Shown: piece by piece, positions 10,501-22,500 of the stretch | Position numbering within the stretch: the stretch's first letter is position 1 | Layout of the letters: every line of letters begins with the position of its first letter | NCBI GenBank assembly: GCA_950097015.1 | Contig: CATNEN010000029.1 | Span: forward strand, 6,138,001 to 6,202,000 | Length of the DNA stretch: 64,000 nt | Source: Macrostomum hystrix | Taxonomy: Eukaryota > Animalia > Platyhelminthes | Reading direction: 5' to 3' | Translations under genes and position numbers: made by a program | The notes under the pieces: generated by a model | What the model saw: the letters and a program-made list of their open reading frames with translations, nothing else | What the model was told of the DNA's origin: nothing | Database searches by the model: none

Positions 10501-13500
10501 CATCATTTTTCACACATCGATAGTAATGCATATGATCTGCTAGTGTGCCAATTTTTATTCACCTGCATCAATTCTAAGGGATAAAAAATTGGTCTGAAAA
10601 GTTGCACTATGTAACAAAATTTTCGCGATTTGCCATGAGATTTGAAGAGAAAATCGTCATTTTTCAGTAACGAAAAATGCTCCAACGAAACAATTTATAC
10701 GCCATTATATAGCCAACATATCAGGCTTTTGTTGCAGCAATTTTTAAGTTTTAACTTTGCTTCTAGTAGAAAAGCAGAGCTTTGCAATGCATGCACCTAT
10801 TATAATTTCTAACGCTTCCGAGACTTTCAATGTGATTTTCTCGGAACGCCTTGAGCCAATCTTTACAAAATTATATCGCTAGATAGCTAGGCATATGAAC
10901 AATAAGATGGCGCATCGAAAATATTTTGTTGCTAAATTTTAGCATCTCATTTTTGCGTTTTTCCGCGACACCCTGGCGTTTTGCTGGGGCCAGTGTCAAT
11001 TCTTAGTTGGGCCCGATTCACCCGCGCGAGGAACGGCGAACACATTGATGCGGTCCAGTTTTCTAGTTATAAATAGATTCACCCGGGGTAAGCCCGGGTC
11101 TCCCTCTCATACCCAACACAGCCAGGCAAAGCTAGCTAGCTAGAACTTAGAATATTCATTTTGACACTAACAATCTCCGCAATGTCCGACGCTGCTGCCC
11201 CTGCTCCGGCTCCGGCCGTCAAGGCCAAGAAGGCGCGCGCCTCCGCCGGCAAGAAGAAGGACGCCAAGCCGCGCAGTCATCCGTCCTACACGGACATGAT
11301 TGTGAAGGCGATCGCGGCCCTGAAGGATCGCAAAGGTTCAAGCCGTCAGGGCATCACCAAATATCTGCGTGCCAATTATAAATTTGGCGCAGACGAGCGA
11401 GTCGACGCCTACGTGAAGGCCGCCCTGAAGGCCGGATCCAAGAGTGGCCGGTTCCTTCACACCAAAGGCGTCGGCGCCAGCGGCTCCTTCGCCCTAGGCG
11501 AAAAGAAGGCCGCCGGGGAGAAGAAGGCCAAGAAGGCCGGCACGCCGAAGAAGAAAGCCGCCGCAGCCGCAGCCGGCGGAGCCAAGAAGAAGTCGTCGCC
11601 GAAGAAGAAGCGCTCGTCGCCAGCTAAGAAGGCCGCCGGCGGGGCCAAGAAGAAGGCGGCTTCGCCGGCCAAGAAGGCAACAAAGAAGGCGGTGGCGCCA
11701 GCCGCTGCTCCTGCGGCAGCCGCCGCGGCTCCAGCAGCAGCAGCCGCTGTAGCACCGGCGGCCGCTGCGGCGAAGCCCAAGAAGGCGGCGGCTAAGAAGC
11801 CGAAATCGCCTGCTAAGAAGAAGCCAGCCGGAGGTGTTAAGAAGGCCGCCAAGAAGCCGGCCAGCCCGAAGAAGAAGGTTGCGGGCAAGAAGAAGTGAAA
11901 CAAGAACTGAATTGTGTGTAAATAAACAATTAAAAATGATACTGACGCAACATAAAAATTTCCTCTCAATTATAAAAATGTTATTTACGATTAAAAAACA
12001 AAATATTATAGAGACGACAAAACAGCTTTGTAAATATTTAGTAATGTAATATCTTATTCTTAGTGTTTTTTCTGTTCTCTGTTTAATGTAGTAATTTAAA
12101 ATAATATAACTGGCAATAAATCTAACCCTGTTCTAAGCGAGTCCTGTTAAAATACCAGTACAGTAATTGCTGACCCAGATTTTTACTTTAACTAAGATTG
12201 AAAAGAAATCATTTAAATGGCAGCCTATACTACTTGTAATCTTATTTTGTATTTTTTAATGACAAATTCATCGATTTTCATGTCTTTTTATTTTGATAAT
12301 CGTTCTCATCTGTCATCTGTTAATAAAACTCGAATAAACTATATCAAGAACAAACTATACGATTCTAAAACGACAAAAGCTAGGATTACAGTATAAAGTA
12401 AACCGTTAAATATCAAAGCTAAAAATGCTTTCTTGGCTCTTGTTATTTCGATGGGGGGGGGCAAAAAGTGACTGTTAAAGACAATTTAGTTACTTAAAAG
12501 GTACCTTATTGTTGAATCTACACTTGTTGATTAAGTGTGAAAGTTAAAAGCTGCTTTAGTTAAGACTAAGGAAAAGTAACGAATTTATTCGTTAAATAAA
12601 CAAAGGTAAAATGCTAGTAAACAGATAAGTAACGAATTAATTGTGATGCAATTTAAAAACGTTAATTTATTTCGAACAAAACAAAACGACTGCTCTAAAA
12701 TATTGGCATTAATAGTAAAAAAAAAACTAAAAGTAACCAAACCACGAGTACAAGTAAATAGATTTACGAATATTTAAAGTAACTGGTTTAGAAAACCCTA
12801 CTACCATTGTCGATAGAGTTAGAAGTGGATTTTGTAAAAACTCACATTGGTCGATCGCCACTCCTGTGTCCAGGCCCGTTTAACATCCTGCTTAGCCAGC
12901 CTGAGTGGCTCTTGAACAGGCTTGCTTGGCCTTGATGCGATGCAGTCCACATCCAGCACGTAGCAGTTGGACGGACCGTCAGGCTTTGATTGGCGCGGAT
13001 CTCTCGGCGGCATGGTGCCCTCGTGTATGAGAACGCCGTAGCCGTCTTTGATTGGCTGCCAGCGCCACAACTGGCTGCGCTTGCCGTCCACCTGCCGTGC
13101 GGGTTGGGTGGGCGGTGTGCGGCTTAATTAACGAACTAGAAGACTTCCCATTAAACTGGGATGTAGCGAGTTATAACACTAACTTGTTCGTTAAAATTAA
13201 ACGAATTAATTAGGCAATCAATACAAAAAATAGTTAATTGATCGTTTCATTTCGAAGTAACGCATTAAATGATCAATCGTTAAAATTAAAACCTTAACAG
13301 TAGCTCGCAGAAAGATCACGAGGGTATTTAAAATATACTTTGAAAGTTAGTTCATCGTAAAGGGGTGAAATGTTTTATCGAAATGGTGGAATTTCACTAA
13401 AATCTGTTATTCGGTTTGGGAGAAATCGTGAAGTAGGCAGTGGGTAGATCCTTTCTACCGTTAATTTTGAGGGATTATTAGTTATTAAAAGACCTAAAAG

Positions 13501-16500
13501 AAACGATCTGACGATATATTTTTCTGGCAGAATTTTTAACGGAATAATGCGTGTCATACTACTACAGACTTTTATTCGCAGCTTTATTAAAAGAACCTTT
13601 CTAGCTAGCTGGAGTCGAAGATCGGGCGAATCACAGTCCAACACCAGCTCGGTCATTGTGCCCACGGTGCTCTGCAGAGCCAGGTCGTACAGTGTCTCGT
13701 AGCGCAGCTGGTCTCCGGCGCTGACGCAGTTCATGTCGTAGGTGGCGCAGGAGCCACCGGGCACGCTGAGTGTGATGTGCGGCTTCAGCGAGGGTTCGTC
13801 TAGCGCGTAGGGTGCGGAAGACCCGGGCCGGACAACGGAGCGCAGGTCCGGACTGGCCCCGGTCTGCCGGTAAGTGACGGGCACCCGGCTGCGATTGTCG
13901 ATGCGATAGGGCAGCGGCAGATTGTCGACGTCGGAGAAGATCACGTGGAAGGTGGACCGGTGCACCGTGACTTCGACGCGTAGGAAATGCGGCGCCCTGG
14001 CGGCCAGATGGGCTGCCGAGCGGAGCAGCACGTGGAAGCTGGCCACCTCGTCGATGCGGAAGCCGCCGGACCAGGCGCACGCGGCGTCGGCTTGGAGATG
14101 CCGCTGATCGGCCAGCCGGACGCAGAGCAGCTTGTCCTTGTCGTCACGTGACCAGTGGAAGGCCTGGAAGATGTTGGCAATGAGGTCTTTAGTTACCTGT
14201 TATTAAACAGACGAAATCAGAAATCAGTGTCCGGCTTAACGAACTTAGTTTTCATTTTAGCGGAACCTCTCTTTAGTTTAACAAAAGCGTTTCAAATTTA
14301 ACGAAATATAACCTTATTTTAACGGAAAAGAATCTTATTTTAACGGCATCTGTGTCTTTTTTTAACGGAATCTGTGTCTAAATGTAACGGAATATGCGCC
14401 TAAATGAACGGAATATGTGGCTATATTTAACGGAATCTGTGTATATTTTAATGGAATCTGCGTCAGAAAATTACGGGAAGTAGCTTAAAGTTAACGATCC
14501 AGTGGGAAAAAATAAACGTATGTTGTATATTATTGCCGGAATTATGTTTTGGTTAACGGAAGTAGAAAAATTAAAGGGTACAAAATTAACTAAAGAGGTG
14601 CAAAATTAACGGAAAGGGTATGAAATCAACAGAATATTAAAAAAATTAACGGAAGAAAAAAATTAACACAAAAAATTATCGCAAGGAAAAATTAACAGAA
14701 TATAAAAACTAACGGAAAAAAATAACGTTAACAATTAACGAAAGAGGTACAAAATTAACGGAATTAGTGTGTGAGCTAACCTGGTAGCTGGTGGGAGGCC
14801 CAGTGATGGTATTCTCCATGGAGCCGGCGCAGTGTCGCTGGGTGTACGCCAGCACATGGCTAGATCGGTTGTGCAGCTGGTAGCGCGAGGTGCAGGTGAT
14901 GATGTTCGTGTGCCGGTAGCGACCCCGGCCGGGCCGCATCTCCAGGCCGATGCTGTAGACCAGATTAGGCAAGGACTGATCAGCCGGCTTCATGTGCAAC
15001 TGTCTGACAATGCAGCCCGGGCTATCCGGATGGAAGTGCTCGCACCAAAGCGGCGTCCAGTTGGTCGCCGCAGCCTGCGCTGATCCGGTGGCCGGATGCC
15101 ACTGGCGGCCAAGGCGTAGCGAGCAATACCGGCCGCTGGCGCCAGCGCTGGAGCCGGCTCCGCCGTTTTCGCCGCCGACGGCTCCTCCGCTAGCGTCGAC
15201 GCCGCCAGCGGCTGCTGTCAGAGAGAACAGCAGAGGAGCCACGCATCTGGCCGCTTCGTGTTCCTCGCCCTGACCAGCTAGAGGCCCTGCGTCCTCCTGT
15301 GTCTAGGCGGGTTGGCGAAGCAATGAGCAAAGGGGAGGCGGGTGTTTGAAATCGGTAACATGGTACTTTAACTACTATAAGTAGCTTGCAAACATTTTTG
15401 ACTTATAAAAATATATAAAAATATTTATTCCGTTAACTATATTGCTTCTATTTATATTCACGATGATAAGTAATAAGTCCTTATCAAGTAATGAGTGATA
15501 AGTCCAGTAGCATATAGGAGCAGACTTGCGCCAGTAAAAATCTGCTAAAAACATGTTTGAACCAGAAAAAAACGCACCAATTTAAATGGCTGTCAGGGAT
15601 ATTGAATAGATGATTATGAAATAGACAAATGAAAATTGATTCTTAGAAACCAGAGGATTTAGGTGACCAAAAATCTGACGAAAACTTCCGAAGAAGTAAG
15701 CGTCCGCCGAATAAGCCAAGTTTTCAGTTTGGAAAAAGCACAGCTAAGAGGTTAAGAGGGAAAGTTGGCCAATTTTTAAGTGAATCAATAATTATATTAA
15801 ATCTGGAATTTCAATGCTGACCTTTGAACCAATATGTCGAACCTTATCGTGTAGTTTTTGCTGCAAATTGGAAGCATTCTGTCGGCACCAATAATTTAGT
15901 TTCTGTTATTAGTCTGATCATAAAGTCTGAATCTTTACAATCCCGAATCTTCACAAACCCGAAGCTTCATAAACCCGAAACTTCACAAACCCGAATTCTT
16001 ACATACCCGAATCTTCACAAACCTGAATCTTTAGAAACCCGAATCTTCACAAACCCGAATCTTCACAGACCCGAATCTTCACAAACCCGAATCTTCACAA
16101 ACCCGAATCTTCACAGACCTGAATCTTCACAAACCCGAATCTTCTCAAACCCGAATCTTCTCAAACCCGAATCTTCACAATCCCGAATCTTCACAAACCC
16201 GAATCTTCACAAACCCGAATCTTTACAAACCCGAATCTTCACAATCCCGAATCTTCACAAACCCGAATCTTCATAAACCCGAATCTTCACAAACCCGAAT
16301 CTTTACAAACCCGAATTTTTACAAACCCGAATCTTCATAATCCCGAATCTTCGCAAACCCGAATATTCACAAACCTGAATCTTTACAAACCCAAATTTTC
16401 AGAAACCCGGATATTCACAAACCCGAATCGTTACAAACACAAGAAACTCCATCTTCCCAGCAAAAGCAGTAAGGCAGAATTTGACGACCTGAGTCAAACT

Positions 16501-19500
16501 GAACTAAAAAATTCTCACCTGTTTAATAACAAGCGGCAGACCAGTCCGATTAATGAGCCAATAGCAGGCGGACACGGTGACGCGGATTGGTCCGTTGGCC
16601 CTGCTGTCGAGCTTCACCATGAGATCCAGCTGCCGATCGCGCCAGTCGTACATTGTCAGGCAGAGCGTCAGCTGCCTGGACTGCCAAGGTATGCGCAGCG
16701 ACTCCGGGCAGCGGAAATTCTCTAGGCTGAACTGCAGCAGCAGGTCGCGTCTCGGATCCACCAGGTGCAAGTGCTCCTCCTGACCAGAGGCCACCCGACC
16801 CTGCATTGGAACAAGGAGTATGGGGACAGGATAGCATTGACCCACTGTAACACAGGGCTGGGTGGCAGCTGACCCACTGTAACACAGGACTTGGTGGCAG
16901 CTGTCCCACTGTAACACAGGGCTGGGTGGCAGCTGTCCCACTGTAACACAGGGCTGGGTGGCAGCTGACACACTGTAACACAGGGCTGGGTGGCAGCTGA
17001 CACACTGTAACACAGGGCTGGGTGGCAGCTGTCCCACTGTAACACAGGGCTGGGTGGCAGCTGACACACTGTAACACAGGGCTGGGTGGCAGCTAACCCA
17101 CTGTAACACAGGACTGGGTGGCAGCTGACACACTGTAACACAGGACTGGGTGGCAGCTGACCCACTGTAACACAGGACTGGGTGGCAGCTGACACACTGT
17201 AACACAGGACTGGGTGGCAGCTGACACACTGTAACACAGGACTGGGTGGCAGCTGACACACTGTAACACATTGCGGGGCAACAGTAGACATACCCGAACA
17301 CTGAGCTCTGGCAGCTGGTAGTTCAGCTCCTGGGGTAGCAGGTTCAGCAGACAGACAGGCGGCTCGATGGTCACAGAGTGGCCGGGCAGTGCCGGCTGCT
17401 GCTGCAGAGATGGCTGCTGATTAGCCGTCGCGGACGCAGCAACATCGTGTGGGAAGTTCTCGCGGAGAACGCTGGTCACCAGGTGATAGTCGGGCGCAGC
17501 GGCAGCGGCAGGGGCGGCTGCAGCAACTGGATCGTCTCCGCGGCAACGGCAGGCGCAGAGGGCGTCCCGCCGATCCATCGGCTTGTTGGCCAGACGCCAG
17601 TCCACCGATTCGCGAGTGAAATCAACGGACCAGCACTCGCCGACCGGACGCACCCGGAAGGCGCAGTCGGCGACGTAGCGAATCGGCACAGGCAGGCAGT
17701 CGCCGGGCTCCAGCTGGAAGCTTTTTGCACCGCTCGGGCCGAAAAGATCGTGCGAGCGGAGCTGCAGCTCAACCCGATGATGCAGCCGGTTAGTGAAGGT
17801 CAGGGCAGATCGCAGGGTGACAATCTTCTGGGCAGTGCTGTTGCGCACAATGTGAAACACCAGCCGGCCGGTTGAACCCGCCGATAAAGTGGCCGCCGCG
17901 GTGGCGCCAGGTGGAGCGGCTGTGTCGCGAAAGAAGGTGCCCACGCGGTCGATGCAAATCGGCTCGCACGGCTCCCAGCCTTCCAGTTGAACGGCGAGGC
18001 GATGCACCCGATAGTCGTGAGTGCTCTCGTGCCGACGCTTGCCGTCGACAGCGCCAAGCTCGATGGCTGCCTCAGCATCGGCGGGCAGGCGGTGCCAGTC
18101 AGGATCGCAGACCAGCTGGGTCTCTTCCCGTACCTCCTGGGTGGTGACGTCGAAGGCGTTGTAGGTCGCCGCAATCTGTTCAGTGTCGTCTCTAAACGAA
18201 TAGCGAGTTTGCACTTTATAGTAGACATCGCAGCCGGTGCGGTTCACCAAGCGGAAGGGCACAAACGGACTGCGACGGCGGCCGCCGGCTGTTGAAGCTC
18301 TTCGCTGTTGACTAGACGAGGCCGCTGTTGCAGTTGAAGTCACGGCGACGGCGGCTGCAGATGCAGCATTCACAGCGGTGGACTCCTTGCGCGACTGATA
18401 GATTCTCTTTTGAGCCGACTCGTACAGGTCCAGCATGTGCTTTGTTAGGTTGGCGTTTAGCAGGCCATTGGCTGAGAGTGATAGGGGGCAGGTGCAAAGC
18501 GTGAACTCCCATGTCACTCTCTCCAACCCGTCACTCCCTCCCTTAGAGACGTCACTCCCTTCAACTGTCACTCCCTTCAACTGTCACTCTCTTCAACTGT
18601 CACTCTCTCTTTAACTGTCACTCTCTTCAACTGTCACTCTCTTCAACTGTCCCTCTCTTCAACTGTCACTCTCTTCAACTGTCACTCTCTTCAACTGTCA
18701 CTCTCTTCAACTGTCACTCTCTTCAACTGTCAATCCCCTCAACTGTCACTCCCTTTAACTGTCACTCCCTTCAACTGTCACTCCCTTCAACTATCACCCT
18801 CTTCAACTGTCACTCTCTTCAACTGTCACTCTCTTCAAATGTCACTCTCTTTAACTGTCACTCTCTTCAACTGTCACTCCCTTCAACTATCACTCCCTTC
18901 AACTATCACCCTCTTCAACTGTCACACTCTTCAACTGTCACTCTCTTCAAATGTCACTCTCTTCAACTGTCACTCTCTTCAACTGTCACTCTCTTCAACT
19001 GTCACTCTCTTCAACTGTCACTCTCTTCAACTGTCACTCTCTTTAACTGTCACTCTCTCTTTAACTGTCACTCTCTTCAACTGTCAATCCCCCCAACTGT
19101 CACTCCCTTTAACTGTCACTCCCTTAAACTATCACCCTCTTCAACTGTCACTCTCTTCAACTGTCACTCTCTTCAACTGTCAATCCCCTCAACTGTCACT
19201 CCCTTTAACTGTCACTCCTTTTAACTGTCACTCCTTTTAACTGTCACTCCCTTCAACTGTCACTCCCTTCAACTATCACCCTCTTCAACTGTCACACTCT
19301 TCAACTGTCACTCTCTTCAAATGTCACTCTCTTCAACTGTCACTCTCTTTAACTGTCACTCTCTTCTACTGTAACTCTCTTCAACTGTCAATCCCCTCAA
19401 CTGTCACTCCCTTTAACTGTCACTCCTTTTAACTGTCACTCCCTTCAATTGTCACTCCCCTCAACTGTCACTCCCTTTAACTGTCACTCCTTTTAACTGT

Positions 19501-22500
19501 CACTCCCTTCAACTGTCACTCTGTCAGTAGCAGTCACACTCATAACATGTCTCTATTATCTTTGTATCAAACGGCCTCACAGTGTACTCACAGGCCACTT
19601 TAAAAGCGAATGTCATCTCCGGACTATCGCTGGTCGTGTCCAACAGTTCGTTAAGCCAGTTTAACTGGAAGCTGAAGAAATTATTAATAATTTAGGACGA
19701 TTTGTTTGCACAGAAGACACTCCAAATAAGCAGTAAAAATTAGAGACTAGATTTTACCTCCAAGGCTCAATGCAAGGCTCCCAGCCCGACAAGTCTCTGT
19801 TAAAATAGTTCACCATTAGAGTGGCTGAGCAGCGGCCCTCGCGTCGACCTTCCAGACAAAGGCGGAACTCCAGGTCTGCAATTAATTGGGCAACCTTAGT
19901 ACTCGTACCTTTTGTCTTTGTATTTTAAATTATCCGCTAGATTAGCAGCTGATTAAGGGTGCCAGGCGTGGCTGATCAAGGGGTGTCAGGAGTCGCTGAT
20001 CAAGGGGTGTCAGGAGTAGCCGATCAAAGGGTGTCAGGAGAAGCTGATTGAGGGTGTCAGGAGAAGCTGATTGAGGGTGTCAGGAGAAGCTGATTGAGGG
20101 TGTCAGGAGTCGCTGATCAAGGGATGTCAGGAGTCGCTGATCAGGGGGTGCCAGGAGTAGCCGATCAAGGGGTGTCAGGAGAAGCTGATTGAGGGTGTCA
20201 GGAGAAGCTGATTGAGGGTGTCAGGAGAAGCTGATTGAGGGTGTCAGGAGAAGCTGATTGAGGGTGTCAGGAGAAGCTGATTGAGGGTGTCAGGAGAAGC
20301 TGATTGAGGGTGTCAGGAGAAGCTGATTGAGGGTGTCAGGAGAAGCTGATTGAGGGTGTCAGGAGAAGCTGATTGAGGGTGTCAGGAGAAGCTGATTGAG
20401 GGTGTCAGGAGAAGCTGATTGAGGGTGTCAGGAGAAGCTGATTGAGGGTGTCAGGAGAAGCTAGATCTGTAAAATTATTCACAGAAGACAGTGGTACTGC
20501 AGAAAGCACTACTGAGAGTACACTCACCCTTGAGGCGGACCTCAGCCAGTGGCACATCGCAGTCCTGATAATCGTCAATGAGTACGCAACTAACGGCCGA
20601 GCCGCAGCCGGCGCCACCGGAGCATTTCACCTGAATCTCGCTGGCGTAGAGGGCCAACTCGCCTAACGGATCGGAGGCTCCGGCAGAGGGCGAGCCGGCG
20701 GCGCCGGAGTGACGCTCCGGGTCGGTTAGAAGTAGAGCGGCCAGTTGAATGTCGCCGCCAGTTTCGCCAAGTGCGTAGCGACAATCGGCGGGATCAAAGC
20801 CCAACTGCATCAAGTCGTAGACAAGGCATTCGGACCACTGGCGAGAGGTCGACTGCGGGTGCTGCAGATCGGGTTGAGGCAGTGAAAGAAAACGATTGCA
20901 CAGAAAGATTTAGGTGTACATCTGTGAAGGATGTGATGGCAGTGGTTCTGAAGGATGTGGTGGCAGTGGTTCTGAAGGATGTGGTGGCAGTGGTTCTGAA
21001 GGATGTGGTGGCAGTGGTCCTGAAGGATGTGGTGGCAGTGGTTTTGAAGGATGTGGTGGCAGTGGTCCTGAAGGATGTGATGGCAGTGGTTCTGAAGGAT
21101 GTGATGGCAGTGGTTCTGAAGGATGTGATGGCAGTGGTTCTGAAGGATGTGGTGGCAGTGGTTCTGAAGGATGTGGTGGCAGTGGTTCTGAAGGATGTGG
21201 TGGCAGTGGTTCTGAAGGTTGGGATGGCAGTGGTTCTGAAGGATGTGGTGGCAGTGGTTCTGAAGGATGTGGTGGCAGTGGTCCTGAAGGTTGTGATGGC
21301 AGTGGTCCTGAAGGATGTGGTGGCAGTGGTTCTGAAGGATGTGGTGGCAGTGGTTCTGAAGGATGTAATGGCAGTGGTTCTGAAGGATGTGGTGGCAGTG
21401 GTCCTGAAGGATGTGATGGCAGTGGTCCTGAAGAAGGAAACCCGGGAGATCTTACCTGGGTGGAAGTGATTCGCTGCTGCGGCTGTCGCATGGCCTGACT
21501 AGGCAGCGAGCCAAGAATGGAAGCAATCAGCTGAAAATCTCTATAAGAGAATCTAATGGATAAAGCTGTGTAGAGAACTTCAATGACAGGCTGGTGAGTC
21601 TCCTTGGCGTCTAGCAGACCAAGGCTGGCACCGCTGCTGCGGCCGGCCGTAGCGGAGTAGGCCTCTCGCCTAGTGACCTCAACTGTGAGATCGGTGGGAT
21701 CGATAATGGACAGGGCTGTCTCGTCCTCGCAGGCCAGACAGCAGGAGAATGCTTCCAGACTGTTCAAGCTGCAGTTGGCGATGCGACCGGCGGAGCTGGG
21801 ATTGCAGGCGAACAGGGTGGTGCCGCGCAGGATGACAGCGTTGGCGTCGCGAGAGTCGGCCCGGTCAACGAATATGATTTCACAGTCGGACAGGTTCAAC
21901 TTCAGCTCGGAGGGCTTCTCGTCTGAGCTCGCTGACGGGCGAAGAGATTCAAAGCTGCGCTGCTTGAGGTTTGAGAAATATTTCGCTATGACTTTGGATT
22001 TTTTAGTTGCATTTCACTGTTGCAGCAACTGAATGAGCAGCCACATGAGCAACTGAATGAGCAACTGAATAAGCAGCCACATGAGCAACTGAATAAGCAG
22101 CCAAATGAGCAACTGAATAAGCAGCCACATGAGCAACTGAATAAGCAACTGAATAAGCAGCCAGATGAGCAACTGAATGAGCAACTGAATAAGCAGCCAC
22201 ATGAGCAACTAAATGAGCAACTGAATGAGCAGCCTGATAAGCAACTGACTAAGCAGCCACATGAGCAACTGAATAAGCAGCCACATGAGCAACTGAATAA
22301 GCAGCCACATGAGCAACTGAATAAGCAACTGAATAAGCAGCCACATGAGCAACTGAATAAGCAACTGAATAAGCAGCCACATGAGCAACTGAATAAGCAG
22401 CCACATGAGCAACTGAATAAGCAACTGAATAAGCAGCCACATGAGCAACTGAATAAGCAACTGAATAAGCAGCCACATGAGCAACTGAATAAGCAGCCAC

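Noticed and set aside
11457-11969. Ala/Phe-rich minus-strand ORF
   Set aside because: Antisense shadow of the Lys/Ala-rich H1 tail.
11899-12100. Histone 3' stem-loop for H1
   Set aside because: No conserved 6-bp stem with T-rich loop found after the stop codon.
20914-21498. EGCGGSGS repeat ORF resembling a keratin-associated or metallothionein-like protein
   Set aside because: Pure translation of the 24-bp intronic minisatellite, antisense to VPS13D, with no unique flanking coding sequence.
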